Positions 1 through 9,998 of a stretch of DNA of 32,000 nucleotides are shown here, piece after piece. The notes beneath the pieces are model-generated. The model had not been told where the DNA came from and did no database searches. It was given only the letters and a program-made list of their open reading frames with translations. Position 1 is the stretch's first letter. Each line of letters begins with the position of its first letter. Made by a program: the position numbers and the translations under genes. Source of the stretch: Ignisphaera sp. (GTDB lineage Archaea > Thermoproteota > Thermoprotei_A > Sulfolobales > Ignisphaeraceae); the NCBI GenBank assembly GCA_038821645.1, contig JAWBDT010000003.1:75192-107191 (forward strand), in the 5' to 3' direction.

Positions 1-2
1 CT

Positions 3-137
3 GTAGGCCATAGAATAACACCAGATGAAGCTTTAACTGTTGTTGAAGCTACATGGAATAAGGAGCTTCCTCTACCAAATCCCTTATATATGGCAGATAG
101 TCTAACTAAGAAGTACAGAAAATATATCAAAAGATAA
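3..137 (+). CDS. 3' end of an unidentified protein-coding gene (partial, runs off the window start)
   Basis: Frame 3 is open from the window edge to TAA at 135-137 (...LTKKYRKYIKR*). 44 residues are too few to assign a family. Confidence 0.3.
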   Translation, partial: VGHRITPDEALTVVEATWNKELPLPNPLYMADSLTKKYRKYIKR

Positions 138-267
138 TTAAGCATTATAACTATCTTCTATTAGTTCTCTATGCATATTAATTCCATAAGCTTTGCAAAT
201 AGGTTCTAGACTTCGATACATAATCATGTGAAAAATATATAAAACTAAAATTATAGAATCTTGTTTG

Positions 268-1368
268 TTATTCATATTCTATTGTTGCAGGTGGTTTAGG
301 TGTCACATCAAATGCTATGGTCTTTATCTTGGGTAGAGATAGAAGTTCTTCAGCTAACTCATTAAGCTCTTTATAGATATCTATTCTAGGCACTTCTGCA
401 ACCATATAGTCTTCAGTTTTAACAATCCTTATAGCTATAACGAATTCTCCATCTTCTTTTTCTCTAAGCTGTAGGAGTATATGTGGATAATTCTCTGAAT
501 TGAATTGTTTATAGAGTGTATATACATCCGTAACTTGATTATATCTTCTAACCATAACTGGATGACCATAGATCCTTCTACCATCTATAACACCTGTTGC
601 TTTAACTTTGAATACCAAATATTCGATATCACCTATGACACCTTTGTCTATGATATCGTGTTCCCATATAGCTGGGAAGTATTGACTATATCCTCTTCCG
701 TTAAGTCTTTCTTCAACAATAGCTGTAGCTTTTCTAACAAGTTCCAACTTTTCTCTATATAGTTTACCAACAGTACGAACGAGTAGACCTGGTCCAGGAA
801 ATGGCTGTCTTTCTGCAAGCCACTTAGGAAGACCTAGCTGTTTAGCTAAAGCTCTAACCTCATGTTTGTATAGATCTATCACAGGTTCGATAACCTTTAA
901 TCCATAGCGCTTAAGAAGTTCATCAGACAATACATTGTGCTGTGTCTTAATTTTGCCTACAGTTTCAACAACATCAGCCTTGATAGTTCCTTGAACAATC
1001 CATCCACATTTCTTTTCCTCTGCTATCTTCTTTACAGACATATAGAAGGCATCTCTAAATGCTATCCTCTTTTCTTCAGCATCTTCAAGACCTTCGATTC
1101 TAGATATGATTTCTTCAGAAAAATCGTATATCTCTAGATCTAGAATACCCTTTAAAGCTTCTCTAACCCTGGCTCCTTCATTCATTCTCATAAAACCTGT
1201 GTTAATGAATACTGGATACACCTTATCCCCTAAGGCTTTCTTTGCTAAGACAGCCGAAGTTGTGCTATCAACACCACCACTTACACAAGCGACAGCACAA
1301 TCTATATCTCTATATAGAGCTCTGAGTCTATTGATAAGCTCATCTATAGATATACCTAATTCAGACAT
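268..1368 (-). CDS. guaA: GMP synthase (glutamine-hydrolysing) subunit B, the PP-loop ATP pyrophosphatase subunit
   Basis: PP-loop SGGVDS near the N-terminus. Also KIKTQHNV, LIEP(V)xDLYKxEVR and RQPFPGPGL blocks, and the characteristic C-terminal KPPATIEYE. There is no GATase domain, so this is the archaeal split subunit B. At 366 aa it is longer than I recall for this subunit. Confidence 0.85.
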   Translation of the reverse strand: MSELGISIDELINRLRALYRDIDCAVACVSGGVDSTTSAVLAKKALGDKVYPVFINTGFMRMNEGARVREALKGILDLEIYDFSEEIISRIEGLEDAEEKRIAFRDAFYMSVKKIAEEKKCGWIVQGTIKADVVETVGKIKTQHNVLSDELLKRYGLKVIEPVIDLYKHEVRALAKQLGLPKWLAERQPFPGPGLLVRTVGKLYREKLELVRKATAIVEERLNGRGYSQYFPAIWEHDIIDKGVIGDIEYLVFKVKATGVIDGRRIYGHPVMVRRYNQVTDVYTLYKQFNSENYPHILLQLREKEDGEFVIAIRIVKTEDYMVAEVPRIDIYKELNELAEELLSLPKIKTIAFDVTPKPPATIEYE

Positions 1369-1659
1369 AGTCTCACTCTTTTCATAAGTGATGCTACTGC
1401 TACTGAGGAAATAAAAATCTAGCTGAAAATAATTATATACATAACAATGTAAATATAGTGCTTATGTTATACAGCAACATTCAAAAATGAACCTAAACAT
1501 TGCAATCAGATTAATGTAGTTAACAGATTCAATACAATTTTCAACCTATAGGACTTAAGATAGTTATTTTGTATCCATATAGTTAATGAATATCTGAACC
1601 TATGTGACAACTGAATTATGATATGTATTAGTATCTGACTTGCAAGTAGATGGAGATCT

Positions 1660-2346
1660 CTACTTCAATTTTTTGACTATGGATTTAACAGCATTAGATA
1701 CTTCAGCTCTATTGATGAGATTTACAGGAACTCTTTTACCCTTGTAACTTGCATCTAGAGAAGCTGAACAAAACATAGCTTCGCTTACTACTTCAAAGAA
1801 TATAATGGGAGGTAGAATAGCTATACCTCTGATTTCTCCTTTCTTTATGTCTGATATATTTGTGACAACAGTAAATGAGAAATGCTCTGTACCTACTCTA
1901 GCTATCCACAGTTTATCAGCTTTAGGATGCTTCTTCAGGAATCCAACTTCAACTCCAACGATATCCACAGCATATTCAGGGAAATTATCGTCACCAAGAG
2001 CCAATCTAGCTCTAAGACCTAATAGGATAGATAAGGCATAACGTAATTCTGCTACAGTAAATTTCATCGATACTCCATCAATTCTAATGTTTCTAGGTGG
2101 TAGAAGGAAAGATGATAATTCTCTCACCTGCGCCTCTAGCTGCCTAAGTTCGTCTGAATTGATAAGCATGGTATGTGGAAGATACATGTACTTTAACTTC
2201 ATCAGAAGAGATCTAACTCTTTTAACACACTCTAGAGCATGTCCTCTATTTAGTGGATAAGGTAAACTCCAGCCTTTAATCCTATTCTCTATTCTGTTGA
2301 CAGCATCTTCAGCTACTAGAAATCTATAGTCTTCAGCAATAACCAT
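1660..2346 (-). CDS. tRNA-binding (Trbp111/CsaA/EMAP-like OB-fold) domain protein with an unassigned N-terminal domain of about 125 aa
   Basis: The C-terminal third (VDIVGVEVGFLKKHPKADKLWIARVGTEHFSFTVVTNISDIKKGEIRGIAILPP) follows the V-x-V-x-V...HP-x-ADKL...V..G...VV pattern of Trbp111/MetRS C-terminal tRNA-binding domains. I do not recognise the N-terminal part. Confidence 0.6.
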   Translation of the reverse strand: MVIAEDYRFLVAEDAVNRIENRIKGWSLPYPLNRGHALECVKRVRSLLMKLKYMYLPHTMLINSDELRQLEAQVRELSSFLLPPRNIRIDGVSMKFTVAELRYALSILLGLRARLALGDDNFPEYAVDIVGVEVGFLKKHPKADKLWIARVGTEHFSFTVVTNISDIKKGEIRGIAILPPIIFFEVVSEAMFCSASLDASYKGKRVPVNLINRAEVSNAVKSIVKKLK

Positions 2347-2535
2347 ATATTCAACACCATAGTGTAGAGAACGTGTAGACTAAATATGTTTTGCAACTCC
2401 ATAGCTACATAGATTGATATACACCACGCTACTGACTTACTTAGCTCCATAGGTTACTCTGTTTCTGAATCTAATTAGAAAACAAAATGATGTATTATAT
2501 TCAACACATTGATATGGTAACTATATACAAAATGT

Positions 2536-3882
2536 TTAGATGAAATGTTTAGATGTCCTTATGTTTCTTACCAATACATATGGTGCTCTTACTGGTGTCT
2601 CTATTTCCCACCATTGCATACTATATAGGTCTCTTCCAATCATGTCTATGTTGCTCAATAAGTTATTGAGATTATCTGCTATTCTTATCTTGTTAACAGC
2701 TCCTACTACTCTATTGTTTTCAATTAAAAATATTGCGTCTCTAGCTATAGTCGAAAATGTTCCTTCTACATAGTTTTGTAATCTAGTGTACCAATTGTTA
2801 GTTATTACCAGACCTTTACACACATTCGCAATCATTTCATCTACAGTAGCATCTCCAGATTCTACAGCTATGCTCCAAGGCCTTGGTTGAATCCATCCAG
2901 CATTACCAGTACTTCTAGTCTTCATAATTGTTGCTGTTTTTGTATTATGTAGCAGAGTCTTTAGTGTTCCTTTCTCGATAACAGGTTTATTGAATGTCTT
3001 CATAGCTTCGTCATCAAAACCTGTGACTCCTGGAAGCTCTATATCTCTAGGTACATCATGTATCGTAAGGTTTTCTGAAGCAACTTTATCACCTATTGCT
3101 CTATTCATAAATATCGATGCACCCATCATTACCGAGAAAGCTGAAGCCATATCGACTATGTAATTGAGTAAATTTCCAAACACCATAGGGCTTAATATAA
3201 TGTCATATCTATCAGGCTCTATCTCTCTCTTGTTCCTAGAGTCTACAGCAAATCTAGAGGCCATTAGAGCTACCTCTCTAATATTATTTAGATCGAGTTT
3301 TGTTGATGTATGGCACCATTGTCCTGATCCTTGTCCAGAAAACGCTCTTACATAGATAGTTGTACTTGTTTTTCGTTCTGTTGCTGAAGCACCTTTTGAT
3401 GAAGATAGCGATCTCTCTGTATAGTTTAATTGAATCATACCTGCAACACTATCTATTCTTTCTCTGTGACTAACCTCAATAACTTGTTCAGCAATATCAT
3501 CAATTCTATCCATAGCTTCTATTACCAAAGTATCTACAACATTTAGAGGCTCTATCGATTCTAGTTGAGGTAGTGGTGCATAAAGTTGCGACTCAAGGAT
3601 TTTTGGAGCAATAGACAGAAGATCCTTTATCGATTTATCTATATCTTCCGTACTACTAGGTTCTAGTGATACTATAATTATCTTTCTATCTTTTGCTAAA
3701 TACAGGTCTATACCTAGGGTATTCCATCTCTGTATAACGCTTATCTCACTATTTGCTAACTTGGTCATAACGGTACTTCTCTTCGTAACAATAGCTATAG
3801 CTTCATCAAAACCTTCTCTAAGAGCTTTCTCTGTAAGTTTAACCGATAAATCATGCGCATCTATTTCCATTCTATGCCACAC
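2536..3882 (-). CDS. pmbA: PmbA/TldE-family protein, the non-catalytic partner of TldD
   Basis: 448 aa with TldD/PmbA-family architecture and a C-terminal GxxxITNNWYTR-type block. No HExxxH motif. Overlaps the 3' end of tldD by 11 nt (3872-3882), indicating an operon. Confidence 0.8.
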   Translation of the reverse strand: MWHRMEIDAHDLSVKLTEKALREGFDEAIAIVTKRSTVMTKLANSEISVIQRWNTLGIDLYLAKDRKIIIVSLEPSSTEDIDKSIKDLLSIAPKILESQLYAPLPQLESIEPLNVVDTLVIEAMDRIDDIAEQVIEVSHRERIDSVAGMIQLNYTERSLSSSKGASATERKTSTTIYVRAFSGQGSGQWCHTSTKLDLNNIREVALMASRFAVDSRNKREIEPDRYDIILSPMVFGNLLNYIVDMASAFSVMMGASIFMNRAIGDKVASENLTIHDVPRDIELPGVTGFDDEAMKTFNKPVIEKGTLKTLLHNTKTATIMKTRSTGNAGWIQPRPWSIAVESGDATVDEMIANVCKGLVITNNWYTRLQNYVEGTFSTIARDAIFLIENNRVVGAVNKIRIADNLNNLLSNIDMIGRDLYSMQWWEIETPVRAPYVLVRNIRTSKHFI

Positions 3883-5308
3883 CCAGTCTAATCTTCTTAA
3901 GCCTCACATCAGGGCCACCGAACCACACAGGCACACCCTGCATTGGCTCACCTTTACCACAGGTACCTGCACTAAACCTTAGCTTTCTGCCTACAGCATC
4001 TATAGAGCTATAGAATGCTTTAGTGGTTAGCTCTAATACAGGGTTTCTAACGTATTTAGTGAGCTCGCCTTTCTCTACCAGATACGCTTCAAGACCTACA
4101 TATCTCTGGCTCCATCTCTCGTCATCAATATTCCACTCCATATAGCTTTTAATATAGACTCCTAGATCTATGTCCTCTATAAGTTCTTCAAATCTGTAGT
4201 CACATGGCTTTAGGTATGTATTAGACATCCTTATTATAGGTTCACCCATATAGCTCATAGATCTAGCTGAACCATTACTTTCTACACCAAAGATATATGC
4301 AGTCCAGCGGTTGTGTAGAAATTCATTTATTACACCTTCCTTGTATAGATACTTTGGTCTTGCTGGAACACCTTCATCATCGTATAGATAGAAACCAAAA
4401 CCTCCAGGTATTGTGGGATCATCTATGACTGTGGCATACTCGTTACCGATTCTGTAACCAATCATGTCCTGCCTTATGAAGCTTTTACCAGCTTGCGCTG
4501 CTTCTCTACCCAATATACGGTCAGCTTCACTAGGATGACCACAACTTTCATGCACAACTAGACCAACAATTTCGCTACCAACAACAACAGGTATCTCCTC
4601 TTTTGGAGGCTCTATAGCTGATAACAGTATCTGTTCGTATATCTTGATATTTTTCGGGATCTCTTCCTCGAGTCTCCATGTATCTAGCTGCTCTACTCCT
4701 CCACTACCTCCAATTTCCTCAAATCTTTGTAGAAAACCTTTCTGTGGATGAGCTACAACAATATTGTAGTAAACCATAAGTCTGGGTATGTAACTTTTAA
4801 CGAAAGCACCATCACTATTTACAACAACTTTTTCTTCAATAGACTCGTTATAACCTAAAAAGAATGTTGCTACTTTGGCTTCTGAAACAACACTATGTAG
4901 TGCACTCCATAACCTGTTGTGTAGAGCTATCTTCTCGTCTAGCGAGATATCTGTAAACTTCTTCTTTTCAATAACATTATAACTAGCTCTACCAACTTTA
5001 GCTGGTGAAAAAACTATAGGTTTCTTCATGATTTTTGCATGAGCTTTAGCATAACTGTATGCTTTTTCAATAATATTTCTAACAGACTCTCTATTTAGCA
5101 TGTTTGTTGATGCGAAACCTAGAGCTCCATCAACTAAAACTCTTACACCAATACCATGACTGACACCTTTTCCTGCACCAATGATTGAACCATTTCTTGA
5201 AACTATAGTGAAACCATCAATTCTATGTAGCCTAGCCTCAGCGTAATACGCTCCTAGTTTGCAGGCATAATCGATAGCATAGAGAGCTAAGTCTTCATCC
5301 ATATACAT
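3872..5308 (-). CDS. tldD: TldD-family zinc metalloprotease
   Basis: 478 aa. HExxxH zinc motif present as HESCGHPSE. Conserved GFGFYLYDDEG and GTCGKGEP blocks typical of TldD. Confidence 0.9.
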   Translation of the reverse strand: MYMDEDLALYAIDYACKLGAYYAEARLHRIDGFTIVSRNGSIIGAGKGVSHGIGVRVLVDGALGFASTNMLNRESVRNIIEKAYSYAKAHAKIMKKPIVFSPAKVGRASYNVIEKKKFTDISLDEKIALHNRLWSALHSVVSEAKVATFFLGYNESIEEKVVVNSDGAFVKSYIPRLMVYYNIVVAHPQKGFLQRFEEIGGSGGVEQLDTWRLEEEIPKNIKIYEQILLSAIEPPKEEIPVVVGSEIVGLVVHESCGHPSEADRILGREAAQAGKSFIRQDMIGYRIGNEYATVIDDPTIPGGFGFYLYDDEGVPARPKYLYKEGVINEFLHNRWTAYIFGVESNGSARSMSYMGEPIIRMSNTYLKPCDYRFEELIEDIDLGVYIKSYMEWNIDDERWSQRYVGLEAYLVEKGELTKYVRNPVLELTTKAFYSSIDAVGRKLRFSAGTCGKGEPMQGVPVWFGGPDVRLKKIRLGVA

Positions 5309-5449
5309 TCGCCATCAATCCACTATTCTCTGGCTCTTAACCACTAAACAATATATATTATTATGCTTCATAAGACAATAAAATACATTATCGAAGTATT
5401 ACGGAAAGAATATAAATAAAAATTTATGTTAATTGGCTCCCTACTACCT

Positions 5450-5785
5450 CTACTTCTTAATCATGCCTATCACGATACCGACAATAAAGCCTATGCTAAC
5501 AGGTCCTACAGACATAAGTCCAAGTACTATGGCTAGTCTTTTAGCTGCTTCAGCAGCTATACCAAGTGTTGATAAGACTTCTGCTGGTGTTGTCCCTAAA
5601 CTCCATATCGATAGAAATGTACCTAAAACCAATATAGCTACAAATGCAAGTATATATTTAACAATCTTTGTTGATATATAGCCTAATGCTAGACCTAACA
5701 GAAACTGTATTGCGATTGCTATTAATACTGGTGGTTGTGATAGAAGAGTTGCTATTGTTTCTTCAAGTGGAGCTACAGTTGACAT
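5450..5785 (-). CDS. Small integral membrane protein (about 3 TM helices), unknown function
   Basis: 111 aa, strongly hydrophobic with a KK C-terminus. AGGTGG Shine-Dalgarno-like motif about 12 nt upstream of the ATG on the minus strand. The mirror ORF on the + strand lacks such a signal. Confidence 0.55.
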   Translation of the reverse strand: MSTVAPLEETIATLLSQPPVLIAIAIQFLLGLALGYISTKIVKYILAFVAILVLGTFLSIWSLGTTPAEVLSTLGIAAEAAKRLAIVLGLMSVGPVSIGFIVGIVIGMIKK

Positions 5786-5864
5786 TGTTTCCTACCACCT
5801 AAGAATATGCTTTCTGGTGATATATATACGTATTTGATGCACTAAGTAAAGAATGCTATAGGGA

Positions 5865-7238
5865 TCAAGACTGTTTCTCTAAGCCGAAGAGTTTTTCAGC
5901 TAGAATCAACATTTTTTCAACAACTTCTGTAGCTGTTCTACCAAAGATGTTTATCATTGGTTCTTTCCCCCAATCCCCTCTATGGTAAACTATATCAGGA
6001 ACCTTATTGTTTAACATCTTGATAGCCTGCTCTATACCCCACGGTATAGATCCTCCTTCAATACTCTTTATCTCTGGAGGTTCTTTAGATCTGTCATAGA
6101 AAGCTACTGTAAAACCTAGTTCTCTAGCTATCTCAATGATTTTTTCGCTGAACTTTATATTGGCTACAGCTCTTACATTCTCATTGTACTCTATAGCTTT
6201 TAGGATAGCTCTAGCCATGTGTTTAGATGCCCCAAATTCTGGAGAAGAAACAACCTTAATCTTGTTTCCAGCTCTCACAATTCTACCCGGTATTGCTGCT
6301 ACATCGTTTAAGCTTCTAGCATATGGTTTAGGAAGAGATACAGCTATATTCATACCAACTTCAGGGATGAGAGACACCACAATATTGCTGTTAGCTTCAA
6401 GAATATCTATAGCTTTCTTTAAATCCTCTAGAACCTTATACCTTTCCGCCGGTATATATAGCCATGCCATAGGATTCACAGGACCATGACCCTTGCCTAT
6501 GGGTAATCCATGCTCTATAGCTATGGTTATGAACTCTTTGGCTGTCTTGACAGCTTCAACAATGTTCTTGCCTTTGGCAAGTTCTGCTGCTATAGCTGCA
6601 GAAAAGCTACATCCAGTTCCATGAGTATTCCTAGTCTCTATCCTTTTGGCTCTGAACTCTCTATAAACTCCATCTACGTAGAGAATATCTATAGACTCTT
6701 CACCCTCCATATGTCCACCTTTAACAATAGCTGCACGAGCACCAAGATCTTCAACTATCTTTCTAGCAGCTCTTTTAGCATCATCTATACTTTTTATTGC
6801 TATACTTGTGAGCTTTTCTGCCTCAAATCTATTTGGTGTAACAACTGTTGCTATAGGTATTAGATATTTGATTAAAGCTTCAACAGCATTTTCCTTAAGG
6901 AGAGGAGCACCACTTTTAGCAACCATAACCGGGTCTACAACAACAGGTATACTATAGCTCTTTATTAGAGAAGAGACTAGTTCAACTACTTCATATCTGC
7001 TAAGCATCCCCGTTTTAGCAGCATCAACACCTATATCTTCTACAACAGCTTCAAACTGAGCTTTTATTATGTCTAGAGGAATATCGTGAACAGCTCTAAC
7101 CTCGTAAGTATTTTGAGCAGTTACAGAAGTTATCACGCTCATTCCATGAACACCTAGAGCAGCAAATGTCTTTAGATCTGCTTGTATACCTGCACCTCCA
7201 CCTGAATCACTACCAGCTATAGTTAAAGCCTTCTTCAT
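5865..7238 (-). CDS. thiDN: Bifunctional ThiD (hydroxymethylpyrimidine/phosphomethylpyrimidine kinase) plus ThiN (thiamine-phosphate synthase) fusion
   Basis: N-terminal half matches ThiD ([33 protein letters not shown]). The C-terminal 190 aa or so match the ThiN domain typical of the archaeal ThiDN fusion. The ORF track begins at a TTG (7253), but the ATG at 7236-7238 (MKKALTIAG) is the more likely start. Confidence 0.9.
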   Translation of the reverse strand: MKKALTIAGSDSGGGAGIQADLKTFAALGVHGMSVITSVTAQNTYEVRAVHDIPLDIIKAQFEAVVEDIGVDAAKTGMLSRYEVVELVSSLIKSYSIPVVVDPVMVAKSGAPLLKENAVEALIKYLIPIATVVTPNRFEAEKLTSIAIKSIDDAKRAARKIVEDLGARAAIVKGGHMEGEESIDILYVDGVYREFRAKRIETRNTHGTGCSFSAAIAAELAKGKNIVEAVKTAKEFITIAIEHGLPIGKGHGPVNPMAWLYIPAERYKVLEDLKKAIDILEANSNIVVSLIPEVGMNIAVSLPKPYARSLNDVAAIPGRIVRAGNKIKVVSSPEFGASKHMARAILKAIEYNENVRAVANIKFSEKIIEIARELGFTVAFYDRSKEPPEIKSIEGGSIPWGIEQAIKMLNNKVPDIVYHRGDWGKEPMINIFGRTATEVVEKMLILAEKLFGLEKQS

Positions 7239-7364
7239 TATGTACCACCACAACTTCTAAAGCTATAAAAGATTATAAATATAAAATTGTCATAAAAACT
7301 GTATAAATTTCTATTTGACTTGATTCAAAAAGTTAATACATCATTTTAGTTTATCTAAGAAACA

Positions 7365-7371
7365 TTTATAA
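7365..7371 (+). promoter_or_regulatory. Candidate archaeal TATA box for the peroxiredoxin gene
   Basis: TTTATAA lies about 40 nt upstream of the ATG at 7408. A GGGTGA Shine-Dalgarno-like motif sits at 7398-7403. Confidence 0.4.
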
Positions 7372-7407
7372 GTATTCGCTAGAGATATCTTTTGGTAGGG
7401 TGAACGT

Positions 7408-8106
<699 letters not shown>

Positions 8107-8120
8107 CTTAATTATTAAAG

Positions 8121-8127
8121 TTTTTTT
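8121..8127 (+). terminator. Oligo-T tract, candidate archaeal terminator after prx
   Basis: T7 run 15 nt downstream of the TAG stop at 8104-8106. Confidence 0.35.
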
Positions 8128-8214
8128 GACATATTATTCCATAAAACTTTATTAATATAAAGGTTAACCATAATCTGCTTCATCTATATTTCTTCCATAA
8201 CCATCTGAAAACGT

Positions 8215-8750
8215 ATAACTATAGCTAGATGAACCAAATTTGCGATACAGTTGTTGTTATGATTCGCTAGCACAAGAATATGAACAATTTAATGAAAGTA
8301 GCAGCATAAATGATAGACTCTGTAACTATAGAATAGATAGAGATCAAACACAAAGAGGTATCTCTCGTTGTTAATACAAAAATCCAGTAACATCAATACA
8401 TCCCTGGGGTTGCTGATAGATAGTAGTGAAGTTGTACAGGAATCAATATTTGTGAAGATAGTGGTAAAATCTAAATACCTGGAGGTTTTGGTTTCTATCT
8501 ATATGATGCTTCAGTAAGACTAAAAGTTCATAATTTTTGACCTCATTTCTACTCTAAATAAGGGAGCTTTCAGGATATAGATCTCGTCAAATCAGTTAGT
8601 ATATATTGGTAACTAATTTATTCTCGCTACTGTATATGCATTACATCACAATATATGTCTTAATTAATTTAGACATAATTGAGTTGAGGTGTATTTGATA
8701 TAAAGTTCTTTATCTACACAAGATTTTGTGAGATGAATAGTGGCAGGTAT
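8215..8750 (+). pseudogene. Decayed fragment of a second tldD-like gene (central and C-terminal part only)
   Basis: 8474-8503 is identical to the reverse complement of 4383-4412 (30 nt), which encode PGGFGFYLYD in the intact tldD. Flanking blocks match tldD with indels: 8244-8261, 8291-8299 (position of the HESCGH motif, here NESSSI), 8509-8527 and 8573-8585. There are multiple stops and frame changes. The core evidence covers 8244-8600; the outer limits are approximate. Confidence 0.65.
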
Positions 8751-8761
8751 AGCTGATTTTT

Positions 8762-9928
8762 ATGCCTGAACTTGTGATAAATGTTAGCAATATTATATCA
8801 TCTCTATGCTATACTATACTTAAGCTAGAGCCTTACACAATATGTCCATTTAGATGTGTCTATTGTTACTCTAGATGGTATATGAAGTCTCCTTCAAGGT
8901 ATGTATATCCAAGACCTAAGGCTTTAGGTATGTTTAGAGAAGTGATTCTAAAGATTTATAGAAGAAGTTTAAAGCCTATTCCTTTCAGACTTTCAACACT
9001 TGTTGATCCTTTCCCTCCCCATGAACAGCTCTATAGAGTATCAGAAAATATATTGAGAGTAGCTCTTGAATACAGCTATCCCTTGGTTATCAACACAAAA
9101 AGTATCTATTTTCTTCATCAACCTCTAAAAAGTTATGTAGAGAAACTATTAGATGATAGATTGGCTATTCTACAGATATCTATATCGACACTTAACGATG
9201 ATATTGCTCAAGTAATTGAACCAAGGGCACCAGAAGTGAAAAAGAGATTGGATACAATTAAACAACTCGGTTCTACAGATATCCCGTTGGTCTTAAGGAT
9301 TTCTCCATATATACCTTACGCATCACCTACACAATCAAGAGATATAGAGCATCTAGTTTATCTAGCTAGAGATCTAGGCTTTAAACATATAATTGTTGAA
9401 GCACTTAGAATGGAAACAAATAACATAAGAAATCTTCTTGAATATCTAAACATCACTGAAATAGATATAGATAGCTACAGCTTAAGAAAAGTAGAGGGTT
9501 TGAAGCCTTTAGTGAGAATATCTCTTCACCTACTAGAGAAAACATATACTATGTTAAGTAATGAACTGAAAAAACATGGAATAACGTTTGCTACATGTAA
9601 AGAAGGTTTATTTGATCTTCATACAGCTTCTGATTGTTGTGGTTTATACCTATTGAGAGAATACATTGTTAGAGCAACACTACAAGATGTGTATAGATAT
9701 GTCACAGAAATGAATATAAATTCTCATCAAGAACTCCAGAATATTGAAGTAGTTGAAAATTTATGCAAGAAGTACTCTAGGCTATGCTTGGATGAATTAC
9801 ATCTATATCCAAAAAACATTTCGAAAACATTAAGATATCACGAGAAAAAGATGTTTAAAGTTCTTCAAAATATAGACCTCTTAAAGCATATAGCTCCTCA
9901 TCTAGCTAAAGAATTTATAGCTACTTAG
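8762..9928 (+). CDS. Radical SAM protein, SplB/COG1533-like (so-called DNA repair photolyase family), specific function unknown
   Basis: CxxxCxxC cluster motif CPFRCVYCY at residues 28-36, followed by a TIM-barrel-like alternating pattern. The C-terminal region of about 120 aa contains further Cys residues (CKEG...DCCG). Confidence 0.75.
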   Translation: MPELVINVSNIISSLCYTILKLEPYTICPFRCVYCYSRWYMKSPSRYVYPRPKALGMFREVILKIYRRSLKPIPFRLSTLVDPFPPHEQLYRVSENILRVALEYSYPLVINTKSIYFLHQPLKSYVEKLLDDRLAILQISISTLNDDIAQVIEPRAPEVKKRLDTIKQLGSTDIPLVLRISPYIPYASPTQSRDIEHLVYLARDLGFKHIIVEALRMETNNIRNLLEYLNITEIDIDSYSLRKVEGLKPLVRISLHLLEKTYTMLSNELKKHGITFATCKEGLFDLHTASDCCGLYLLREYIVRATLQDVYRYVTEMNINSHQELQNIEVVENLCKKYSRLCLDELHLYPKNISKTLRYHEKKMFKVLQNIDLLKHIAPHLAKEFIAT

Positions 9929-9998
9929 CTTGACTCCCTCTAATCCATTAATGTATCTTGAAAACAATGTACATAGAGTTCTTGTTGTCTCCTATAAC

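Noticed and set aside
2488-2560. ATGATGT (C-box-like) followed by TTGA/TGATAT near the pmbA 3' end.
   Set aside because: There is no D box (CTGA) at an appropriate distance, and the boxes are non-consensus. Such heptamers are expected by chance in AT-rich sequence.
5433-5681. 82-aa + strand ORF overlapping the small membrane protein gene.
   Set aside because: It is a mirror-image hydrophobic ORF. The minus-strand ORF is longer, has an AGGTGG ribosome-binding motif and ends with a KK stop-transfer tail. I kept the minus-strand call, although neither is proven.
7254-7407. Possible TPP riboswitch or other leader structure upstream of thiDN.
   Set aside because: The minus-strand leader is short and AT-rich. 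I could not find the conserved CUGAGA / ACCUGAUCUGGAU-type TPP aptamer elements.
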